Below are positions 10,156 through 19,269 of a DNA stretch of 64,000 bases, piece after piece. The translations under genes were made by a program, and so were the position numbers. The DNA lies in NCBI GenBank assembly GCA_965222075.1, contig OZ244937.1, forward strand, positions 224,001 to 288,000, read 5' to 3'. The stretch comes from Candidatus Latescibacterota bacterium (GTDB lineage Bacteria > Latescibacterota > UBA2968 > GCA-2709665). A model generated the notes under the pieces. It searched no databases. It saw nothing but the letters and a program-made list of their open reading frames with translations, and was not told the DNA's origin. How positions within the stretch are numbered: the stretch's first letter is position 1; the number at the start of each line of letters is the position of its first letter.

Positions 10156-11616
10156 GTGTCCAAAAACGATTCCCGGCATCCAAACGTCCTGCTGATCTGT
10201 ACGGACCACTGGAGCGGACTGCTCACGCGGCAGGCGGGGCATCCCGTGGTGATGGCGCCTACCCTGGAGCAGTTCAGCCGCAACGGGGTGACCTTCACCA
10301 ACGCCTATTCCGCAACACCCTCCTGCGTACCGGCGCGGCGTACCCTGATGACAGGAATGACCAACCGTTCACACGGAGGTCGAAACCTTTCCAGCAGGGA
10401 CCCGTTTCCGGACGTCCCCACGATGGCGCAGTGTTTCCGGGACGGCGGGTACCAGGCCTACGCGGTCGGCAAACTGCACGTCTACCCCCAGCGCAACCGG
10501 ATCGGGTTCGACGACGTGATCTTAGACGAGCACGGGCGGCACCACCTGGGCGGCCGGGCGGACGACTACGAACTGTTTCTGATGGACCAGGGATACCCGG
10601 GCAGGGAATACGCACACGGCATGGTCCAGAACGACATGATCACCCGCCCCTGGCACCTGCCCGAACACTGCCACCCCATCAACTGGGCCGTGCGCGAGAT
10701 GTCCCGAACGATCCGCCGGAGAGATCCCCGAAAACCCGGGTTCTGGTACCTCTCCTTTTCGGCCCCGCACCCGCCCAACACCCCGCTGCAGGCGTATCTG
10801 GACCTGTATCGGGACATCGAGATCGACCGTCCCTCCACCGGGAACTGGTCCGCCGATCCGGAACGCCTGCCCTATGCACTCAAGGCGAGAAATGTGAACA
10901 GGAGCGCGCTGGTGGGCGCCTCGTGGCACGAGCAGATGCTGGCCCGTCGCTCCTTTTATGCTGTGATGACGCACGTCGACCACCAGATCCGGCTGATGGT
11001 CGGCATGCTCAGGGAGGAGGGCCTTCTGGACGACACCGTGATCATCTTTACCAGCGACCACGGCCATATGATGGGGGAACACGGCCTCTGGTGCATGTCC
11101 CCGTTTTACGAGATGTCGGCCAAGATCCCGCTGATCATCGTGCCGTCCGCAGGAGATACCCGCTTCCCTATGGGTGCGACAGAAGACCGTCTGGCCGAGT
11201 TCGGAGACATCATGCCCACCCTGCTGGACATCTGCGGCCTGCCGGTCCCCGACACCGTGGAGGGCATCTCCCTCTGGAGCGACCGGCGCCGGGACTACCT
11301 GTTCGGCGAGTTGTTCAAAGGCGAACTCGGGATGCGTATGATCCGCTCCGGGCGCTTCAAGCTGATCTATTACGCCACCGGGAACCACATCCAGTTATTC
11401 GATGTTGAAATCGATCCGAGGGAGACAAACGATCTGTCGGATGATCCCCAGTATGCCGGAGAGCTGGAACGTCTGAAGGGCCTGCTGATCCAGAATCTGT
11501 ACGATGAGGATGAGGAGTGGGTGCAGGACGGAAAACTGGTCGGTCTGCCCGAAAAGGAATTCGTTCCTTCCGACGATCGGGGGCTGGGGAACCAGAGGGG
11601 ACTCCGGTTTCTATAA
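10156..11616 (+). CDS. Formylglycine-type sulfatase-family protein
   Basis: PNVLLICTDH, PSCVPARRTLMTG, GKLH, SDHG. GTG start after AAGGAGG. Confidence 0.92.
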   Translation: MSKNDSRHPNVLLICTDHWSGLLTRQAGHPVVMAPTLEQFSRNGVTFTNAYSATPSCVPARRTLMTGMTNRSHGGRNLSSRDPFPDVPTMAQCFRDGGYQAYAVGKLHVYPQRNRIGFDDVILDEHGRHHLGGRADDYELFLMDQGYPGREYAHGMVQNDMITRPWHLPEHCHPINWAVREMSRTIRRRDPRKPGFWYLSFSAPHPPNTPLQAYLDLYRDIEIDRPSTGNWSADPERLPYALKARNVNRSALVGASWHEQMLARRSFYAVMTHVDHQIRLMVGMLREEGLLDDTVIIFTSDHGHMMGEHGLWCMSPFYEMSAKIPLIIVPSAGDTRFPMGATEDRLAEFGDIMPTLLDICGLPVPDTVEGISLWSDRRRDYLFGELFKGELGMRMIRSGRFKLIYYATGNHIQLFDVEIDPRETNDLSDDPQYAGELERLKGLLIQNLYDEDEEWVQDGKLVGLPEKEFVPSDDRGLGNQRGLRFL

Positions 11617-11710
11617 AGACTCGGTGGCGAGGGTGTTCGGAAGGTGCCCCTGCCCGACCTTTCCGAGACGGGCGTTGGGTTTGGTTTTTGACGAAAGCTC
11701 AATAGGTGTG

Positions 11711-11850
11711 TTGCTCTGCGAAATCTGCTCTCCGGAAGCCGTGGATGCCCGCGCCAAGGCCGACCAGCGCGCGCTCCGTCGGGAACTCAAAGAAAGCGGC
11801 AGACTCGTCGAAGAAATGTGGCGGCGCGCCTACGAGCGGAACCCGGACCG
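11711..11850 (+). pseudogene. C-terminal remnant of the sister-sulfatase clade (closest to 42039-43493)
   Basis: LLCEICSPEAVDARAKADQRALRRELKESGRLVEEMWRRAYERNPDR matches the end of 42039-43493. Confidence 0.85.
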
Positions 11851-11889
11851 CCCGACCCCCCCGCTCGGAAGAGTTGTCGTAGATTCGTA

Positions 11890-12063
11890 TTGATCGACCG
11901 CTATCCGGAGGCCGATCCGAGGAACGTGCTTTCACCCGGCCACTTCCGCGCCTCAGCGGCCTACTGGCATCTCGCCGGCCTCTGCACCGATGCGGGATGC
12001 ACAGATAAGGCTGTAAATTACCGGAAAAAGACGCAGCGCTATGTCGGCACGCACTTCGTCTAA
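11890..12063 (+). pseudogene. C-terminal remnant of the 44844-47594 lyase-like protein
   Basis: LIDRYPEADPRNVLSPGHFRASAAYWHLAGL...RYVGTHFV* versus LIGRYPGADPEDVLSPGHFRVAAACWQLAGL...RYVGVHFV*. Confidence 0.85.
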
Positions 12064-12076
12064 TCGAGGAGAAAAA

Positions 12077-12904
12077 ATGCCCCGACCCGATCCGGTATAC
12101 ATCCACTACATCCAGGAGATTACCAAGCTCCACCTCTGCTACGTACATAAGGCCGTCCGGGAAGAGGGCGCCGCGTTCGAAGACGTGGTGAACAAGCGGG
12201 TGAACATCTACCGGAATACGTCCCTCTACGATGGCAAGCGTCACCCGTCGAAGGAAGATGTGGGCCCGGAGTGGCGCGAGATTCTCGATCGGCTGAAGGC
12301 GATCTACGACCGCCACTGGGACGCCTCTTCCACGGCGCAGCTCGAGGAGGAAGGACTGGAATTCCTCTGGCCCTACCTGGACGCCCGCATCCGGCAGGAG
12401 GGCGACCCGATGGACCAACTGCGGCAGACCGATCGTCCCTACGAGTGCTGGTCTCAGGACTACAGAGTGGATCGGAACAACACCCATATCGACAATCTCT
12501 ACCGACCCAAGTCGCCGTTGAGCGAGATGGTTGTCCCGTTTGCGGCCTCCTTGATCCGATTGCTGCGCGACTCGCAGGCGCAGCGGCCTGAGATCAAAAT
12601 CGTCCGCTGCGGGACCTGGATGAATTCGGTGCCCCCGTTCCAGAGCCTACTTCCAAAAAGCTGGATGGAAAACGCCGAAGAGAGACCGGAGATCGGCTAC
12701 TCCTACGGACACTGGGGGCAGTTCCAGGACCGGAAGGGTGACTTCCACGCGCACAACGGGGCTCGGTTCCGGGAAACGGGGAAACTGCCCTATCCCAGTC
12801 TGAGCTGTGAGTGCCCGATCGAGGAGGCCCTGGACCACCTGCACACCCACTTTCCGGAGGCCGTGGCCTACAACGAAAAGAGGGGATATAAGCCCGGTGT
12901 ATAA
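12077..12904 (+). CDS. Conserved hypothetical protein; paralog of 47649-48503
   Basis: RBS GAGGAG. Long identical stretches with 47649 (RVNIYRNTSLYDGKRHPSKEDVGPEW, EIGYSYGHWGQFQDR). Confidence 0.85.
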   Translation: MPRPDPVYIHYIQEITKLHLCYVHKAVREEGAAFEDVVNKRVNIYRNTSLYDGKRHPSKEDVGPEWREILDRLKAIYDRHWDASSTAQLEEEGLEFLWPYLDARIRQEGDPMDQLRQTDRPYECWSQDYRVDRNNTHIDNLYRPKSPLSEMVVPFAASLIRLLRDSQAQRPEIKIVRCGTWMNSVPPFQSLLPKSWMENAEERPEIGYSYGHWGQFQDRKGDFHAHNGARFRETGKLPYPSLSCECPIEEALDHLHTHFPEAVAYNEKRGYKPGV

Positions 12905-12948
12905 GAGTCCATACGGAAATTCGCTCTGACGGCCCGAGAGCGAGCGAA

Positions 12949-13026
12949 AAGGCCGTGGGCAAGGCGCGCGAAGCAGGCGTATCCCCGTAGATACGCCGAT
13001 GCAGCGCGACGCAGCCCACGGGCCTT
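12949..13026. repeat. Nested inverted-repeat (long hairpin) intergenic element
   Basis: Outer AAGGCCGTGGGC / GCCCACGGGCCTT enclosing inner GGCGTATC-cccgta-GATACGCC. Confidence 0.65.
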
Positions 13027-13116
13027 GCCCCATCACCTGCTGCTACGCACACTCGCAGCCCCCGCTCTAGAAGATGAGACCACCGATACTCAGCCAGAAG
13101 GAGAGGAGAGACGAAT

Positions 13117-13962
13117 ATGAACGAGTACGAAAAGTACCTTTTTGATCTGAACGGGTACCTGCTCCTGGAGGATGTGCTGAGCCCGGAAGAGGTGGCCGCG
13201 TGCAACGAGGCCATCGACCACAACCTGGGGAGGCTGGAGCAGCGCGAGATTCGGTCCGCGAAGTGGTCGGACTCGCTGAAGGGAAAGGGCCGGAGGGACC
13301 TGCGGGGGATGCTGACCTGGCCCAAACCCTGGTGCCTGTCCTTCCGGGACCTGCTGTCCCATCCACGGATCTTGGACTGCATGCTGGAGTTGCTGGACGA
13401 CGGGTTTCGGGTGGACACCATCTACGGCATTGTGATGGACAAAGGCACGGAGGGGCTTGCGCTCCACGGCGGCGGCATCCGGCGCAACAACCTGATCAAT
13501 TTCTACGAGTTCCTCAACGGCCGGATGTGCTGCGGACTGACGGTGGTCTCCTGGGCGCTGACGGACTGCGGGTCGGGAGACGGGGGATTTATGTGCATTC
13601 CGGGCAGCCACAAGGCGAGCTATCCGTTGCCTGGGGACGCGATGACTATGGAAACCGATCTGGGCGTAGTGAAGCAGGTGCCGATGAAGGCCGGGTCGGT
13701 GGTCATCTTTACCGAGGCCCTGGCCCACGGCACCCTGCCCTGGACGGCAGACCACGAGCGGCGGTCGGTCCTGTTCAAGTACTCGCCCGGCCCCCTGACT
13801 CACGCCCCCTCGGACAGCGCATTTTCGGATACCTGCGATTATCTGCCCCGGGGGATCAAGGACGTGTGGGACGAACTGACGCCCCAGCAGCAGGCCATGC
13901 TGGAACCGCCTTACTACCCCAAACGGCCCAGCATCCGGCTTGCGAACACAACCCAAGGATGA
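13117..13962 (+). CDS. Phytanoyl-CoA dioxygenase (PhyH)-like Fe(II)/2OG oxygenase, copy 1
   Basis: FDLNGYLLLEDVL, LHGGG, DGGFMCIPGSHK, EALAHGTLPW, RRSVL. Confidence 0.9.
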   Translation: MNEYEKYLFDLNGYLLLEDVLSPEEVAACNEAIDHNLGRLEQREIRSAKWSDSLKGKGRRDLRGMLTWPKPWCLSFRDLLSHPRILDCMLELLDDGFRVDTIYGIVMDKGTEGLALHGGGIRRNNLINFYEFLNGRMCCGLTVVSWALTDCGSGDGGFMCIPGSHKASYPLPGDAMTMETDLGVVKQVPMKAGSVVIFTEALAHGTLPWTADHERRSVLFKYSPGPLTHAPSDSAFSDTCDYLPRGIKDVWDELTPQQQAMLEPPYYPKRPSIRLANTTQG

Positions 13963-14024
13963 GACCGTTTAGAACATCGTTTATATGCTGAACAACCGTA
14001 GGATAGGAATCGAGGGCAAAACCG

Positions 14025-14885
14025 ATGGAATGGAAATTCGAGCGCGTCGCCGGTCCGTTCAAATTCACCGAAGGCCCCGTCTGGGACGGCACCGCCGTCC
14101 TGTTTACCGACATCCCCAACTGCCGGATTATGCGCTACGACCCGGCAAGCGGGACCTTTGCGGAATACCGCACCGACACAAACGAGGCCAACGGCCTGGC
14201 CCTGGACCGGGAGGGCCGCCTCTACGCCTGTGAGGTGATCGGCCGTCGCATCGCGCGTTACGAACCCGATGGGACCTCTTCTACCGTGGCCGACGCCTAC
14301 GATGGCCGCCGGCTGAACAGCCCGAACGACCTGGTCGTCGATCCGCAGGGACGCATCTGGTTTACAGATCCTCGGTACAGGACGACGATGCCGCCCATGG
14401 AACTCGACCACGAATCGGTATACCGGCTCGATCCACAGCCGGACGGATTCTGGACGGTTGTGCGGATGACCTACGACACCACGCGACCCAACGGTTTGAT
14501 CGTCACACCCGACATGAAGACGCTCTATGTGGCCCAGAGCGAAAACCGGCCGGAGGGGCCGAGGGAACTGCGGGCCTATCCGATTCTGGAAGGCGGAACG
14601 CTGGATGAATACGACGTGCTGCACGATTTCGGGTCCCACCGGGCAATCGACGGCATGACCCTCGATGAGGATGGGAACATCGTGGCAACCGCTGGCTCGG
14701 AACAGAGCGGCCCAGGGTCCATGGTCTACGTGTTTGCCCCGTCGGGGCGCGTGCTGGAGACCCATCCCACCCCCGCCTCGCCCACAAACTGCACGTTTGG
14801 AGACGGGGACCTGCAGACCCTCTACGTCACCGCAACCGACGGGTGCCTCTACCGGGCGCGCACCGGCCGCCGCGGCCTCTCCTAA
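14025..14885 (+). CDS. SMP-30/gluconolactonase/LRE family protein
   Basis: FTEGPVWD, NGLALD, LNSPNDL, RPNGL, DGMTLD, PTNCTFG. Confidence 0.93.
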   Translation: MEWKFERVAGPFKFTEGPVWDGTAVLFTDIPNCRIMRYDPASGTFAEYRTDTNEANGLALDREGRLYACEVIGRRIARYEPDGTSSTVADAYDGRRLNSPNDLVVDPQGRIWFTDPRYRTTMPPMELDHESVYRLDPQPDGFWTVVRMTYDTTRPNGLIVTPDMKTLYVAQSENRPEGPRELRAYPILEGGTLDEYDVLHDFGSHRAIDGMTLDEDGNIVATAGSEQSGPGSMVYVFAPSGRVLETHPTPASPTNCTFGDGDLQTLYVTATDGCLYRARTGRRGLS

Positions 14886-15091
14886 GTGTTTGTGATTCCC
14901 GACAGGCTGCAATCGAGGTAGAGCACGAGGATTCGGATTATGAAGTGGAGTTGAGACTTAACTGTGTAGCAAGAGAGGTATAGGAATTCCTATCGCGTCG
15001 GCAGCTTTGGCTCTGGTATTGCCTCAAGTATTCGGAGTCATAGATTTTCGAGGCTGAAAGAGCGTTTTTAGAGAGGGAAAGGAGGAATAAA

Positions 15092-16078
<987 letters not shown>

Positions 16079-16126
16079 CCGGGAAGGACAGGGTACTCTC
16101 GCGCGCATCCAGCACGGTTTTCCACT

Positions 16127-17068
16127 TTGCCGGAGAAGGCCAGAGATATCTGGAGGAAGAAACACCCCGATACCGATTACAACCAGGCCGGAGGCATGTT
16201 TGTCGCCGAGCTGCGAAAGGCGATCCCGGGGCGTCCCATTATGACCCTGATGGCCTACCGCGACGGCGGCTATTACCCCCACATCGACTACGACCTGGAG
16301 GAGAGTTACGGGACCGCGCGCATTTACTGGGGCGGGGATGAGCTGGAGATGAAGATCTACATAGACATGAAAGACGCCCCCAGAAACGCACTGCAGGATG
16401 TGTTTGCCCACCTGCGGGCTGATGTCCATCTGGAGGACGAGGGGCTTCAGCGGGCCCGGGAGACCTTCTTCCGCCCATGGGACGGGCGGAGTGGCTACAA
16501 GGAGCACGACAAGCTACGCCGCGAGGCAGAAAGGCGCCATCCCCACGTGAAGGGCATCGACCTCAACTACCTCCACCCCTGGTACGTAGCCACCGGGGCC
16601 ACGAAGGAACTTGGTGGGGAGGTCTATCCGGTCTACACGACGAGGATCAATCGACCGGCCATCTTCTACGGATACGCATTGTCCAGGCTGAGCGATCGTA
16701 TCCCTTCAACCTCCGAAATCCGCTCACCTGCCAGGGTGCGGGACGGCATCTTCTTCCTGGACCTGGGCAGGCCCCTGGAAGATGATTACCGGGAGCTGGA
16801 GGACGTGGCCGTGCGTTACTTCGAGAACGGATTCGTGGTGGTAACCCGGGGCAACGGGGTCGTCCGCTTCCGGCCGGACGAAGAGATGATACCGGAAGGG
16901 ACAAGCGGCCTATGGGACGCATACGAGGGAGTCCCGGCATGGGAGTGGGAACTGCAGAAGGCCGTCAGTATCCACCCGGACTTTTTCCCGGCCGTAGACA
17001 CCTACCGGCCCAGCGGGCGGGTTTATGCTTACCGAGGGAATCAGAACTATAACAGCCCTAAGAGATAA
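16127..17068 (+). CDS. Hypothetical protein, probably 5'-truncated; possible TIM-barrel glycoside-hydrolase-like fragment
   Basis: 313-aa open frame with no good RBS or start. FVAELRKAIPG...IDYDLEESY and RYFENGFVVV weakly recall GH114/GHL15-like proteins. Confidence 0.5.
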   Translation: MPEKARDIWRKKHPDTDYNQAGGMFVAELRKAIPGRPIMTLMAYRDGGYYPHIDYDLEESYGTARIYWGGDELEMKIYIDMKDAPRNALQDVFAHLRADVHLEDEGLQRARETFFRPWDGRSGYKEHDKLRREAERRHPHVKGIDLNYLHPWYVATGATKELGGEVYPVYTTRINRPAIFYGYALSRLSDRIPSTSEIRSPARVRDGIFFLDLGRPLEDDYRELEDVAVRYFENGFVVVTRGNGVVRFRPDEEMIPEGTSGLWDAYEGVPAWEWELQKAVSIHPDFFPAVDTYRPSGRVYAYRGNQNYNSPKR

Positions 17069-17107
17069 GGTGATGTCCACTTTAAGCTTATTACCAAGGA
17101 GACCAAA

Positions 17108-17959
17108 ATGGATGAGTATGAAAAGTACCTCTTCGACCTCAACGGCTATCTGGTCCTGGAGGACGTGCTTACACCTGGAGAAGTGGCCGCCTGCAACGAG
17201 GCCATTGATCAGAATTCCGACAGCATCAGAAGGAGACCCGATCAGCGGTCCAGGGCAGGCGGTTCGAAAGCGCTTCAGGGTAAGATTCGGGGGGATCTCA
17301 TCGGAATGCTCGCCTGGCCCAAACCCTGGTGTGTGCCGTTTCGGGATCTCCTGTCCCATCCCAGAGTCATGGACTGCATGCTCGAGCTACTCGGCGACAG
17401 CTTCCGGCTGGACCATCTTTATGGGATTGTGATGGACAAAGGCACGGAAGGATTCACGCTCCACGGAGGCGGCACCAAGCGGAACAGCTTTGTCCACTTT
17501 TACGGGTTTGTCAACGGACGGATGCGCTCCGGACTCACGGTGGTCTCCTGGGCACTGACCGATTGCGGTCCCGGAGACGGGGGGTTTATGTGCATCCCAG
17601 GCAGCCATAAGTCCAACTACCCGCTGCCCCGGGACATAGCCCGTCTCGAAAAGGACGCTGGGGTGGTCAAACAGGTGCCGGTGAAGGCCGGTTCCGTGAT
17701 CATCTTCACCGAGGCGCTGGCCCACGGCACAATGCCGTGGAAGGCGGACCACGAACGCCGTTCTGTCCTTTACAAGTATACGCCCGGCTCCATTGCCCAG
17801 AACAATCCCGAAGCCTACCGGAATCCGGCGATCACCTCCGATACGAAGAACTACCGGCCTGAAGGTGTCGAGGAGGTGCTGGACGAACTCACCCCGCTTC
17901 AGAGGAAACTAATGGAACGCCCCTACCATCCCAGCCGCCCCAGCCTCACGGCCGTCTAA
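17108..17959 (+). CDS. PhyH-like Fe(II)/2OG oxygenase, copy 2
   Basis: Same motifs as 13117 (TLHGGG, IPGSHK, EALAHGTMPW). Confidence 0.9.
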   Translation: MDEYEKYLFDLNGYLVLEDVLTPGEVAACNEAIDQNSDSIRRRPDQRSRAGGSKALQGKIRGDLIGMLAWPKPWCVPFRDLLSHPRVMDCMLELLGDSFRLDHLYGIVMDKGTEGFTLHGGGTKRNSFVHFYGFVNGRMRSGLTVVSWALTDCGPGDGGFMCIPGSHKSNYPLPRDIARLEKDAGVVKQVPVKAGSVIIFTEALAHGTMPWKADHERRSVLYKYTPGSIAQNNPEAYRNPAITSDTKNYRPEGVEEVLDELTPLQRKLMERPYHPSRPSLTAV

Positions 17960-18037
17960 TCGTTTTCCGGTAAGGTCGGAAATCCCAAACGCGAAACGAC
18001 CAACTCTCCAAGCCATCACACCTGGAGGGATGCGGAA

Positions 18038-18892
18038 ATGGACGAGTACGAAAAGTACCTGTTCGATCTCAACGGCTACCTGGTTCTCGAAGACGTGCTA
18101 ACACCCCAAGAGGTCGCTGCCTGCAATGAGGCCATGGATCGGCACGCCGAGCGCATTCGGTCCGAAGAAGAGGCCAAATCAGGGATGTCCGGCGCCACGG
18201 CCTTCAAGGGCGATCGGGGCCTGGGTTATTTCACCGGGATGCTTACCTGGGACATGCCGTGGTGTCAGCCGTTCCGGGACATGCTGGCCCATCCCAGGGT
18301 GATGTCCTGTCTCTCTGAAATGTTGGGCGAGGCCTTTCGGCTGGACCACATCTACGGAATCACTATGCGGAAGGACACGGGGGGGCTATCGCTCCACGGC
18401 GGCGGCCATTTGCGCCATAATCTGGTGGACTACTACGGGTTCCTCAACGACCGGATGTGCTGCGGCGTCACCGTCGTCTCCTGGGCGCTGACCGACTCCG
18501 GCCCAGGAGACGGGGGCTTTGCCTGCATCCCGGGCAGCCACAAAGCCAACTATCCCCTGCCCCGCGACATGGCCCGCCTCGAAAAAGACCTCGGCGTGGT
18601 CGAACAGGTCCCGGTCAAAGCCGGCTCCGTCATCATCTTCCCCGAGGCGCTGGCCCACGGCACGCTTCCCTGGAAGGCCGACCACGAACGCCGGTCTGTC
18701 CTCTACAAGTACGCCCCCGGCGCGATGACCCACAACCCTCCCGACTCCAGCAAACATCCGACGGTTGTTACAGACACTCTGAACTACCGGCCCCGGGGTA
18801 TTGAGGAGGTCCTGGATGAATTGACGCCGGTCCAGCGGGCGTTGCTCGAGCCCCCCTACCATCCCAGGCGTTTTGACATCCCGGTCGGTTGA
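18038..18892 (+). CDS. PhyH-like Fe(II)/2OG oxygenase, copy 3
   Basis: Same motifs (SLHGGG, IPGSHK, EALAHGTLPW). Confidence 0.9.
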   Translation: MDEYEKYLFDLNGYLVLEDVLTPQEVAACNEAMDRHAERIRSEEEAKSGMSGATAFKGDRGLGYFTGMLTWDMPWCQPFRDMLAHPRVMSCLSEMLGEAFRLDHIYGITMRKDTGGLSLHGGGHLRHNLVDYYGFLNDRMCCGVTVVSWALTDSGPGDGGFACIPGSHKANYPLPRDMARLEKDLGVVEQVPVKAGSVIIFPEALAHGTLPWKADHERRSVLYKYAPGAMTHNPPDSSKHPTVVTDTLNYRPRGIEEVLDELTPVQRALLEPPYHPRRFDIPVG

Positions 18893-19052
18893 CCGCGTCC
18901 CGCCCGGACTATCGGCCCAATTAACCGCCGTGCGGCCATCTGGACCTGCAAAGGGGAGTTCTTATGCCTGAACAAAACCCGTGCCGCCCAGGGCACGTTC
19001 GCACCTGTCCCGGCGAATTCAAAGTGGTCAGGTATGAGGTCCCGGTTTAAGC

Positions 19053-19080
19053 TTGTTTTAAAGATAATACCGCATATATT
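19053..19080 (+). promoter_or_regulatory. Possible sigma70-type promoter for the GWxTD gene
   Basis: AT-rich patch with TTGTTT-16 nt-TATATT. Confidence 0.35.
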
Positions 19081-19269
19081 TTCTGTACGGAGAGTCCAGG
19101 ACGGAATGAGTGGCGCAGCCGCGCTCATCGTCCGGCGGTCCTGTGGAGCAGACTGCAATCCGACTCCAGTCTAGAAAAAGAGGCTGGAACCCGAACTGGC
19201 CGAATCGCCAGAGCGCCGTAGGAGGATCAGAAGCGCCATCGGCTGTCCGGCAGCCGAGAGGAGGTCCAT

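Noticed and set aside
11637-11690. Hairpin TCGGAAGGT...ACCTTTCCGA with a distant T-rich run as an intrinsic terminator
   Set aside because: The stem is imperfect and the T-tract is not adjacent, so it is too weak to call.
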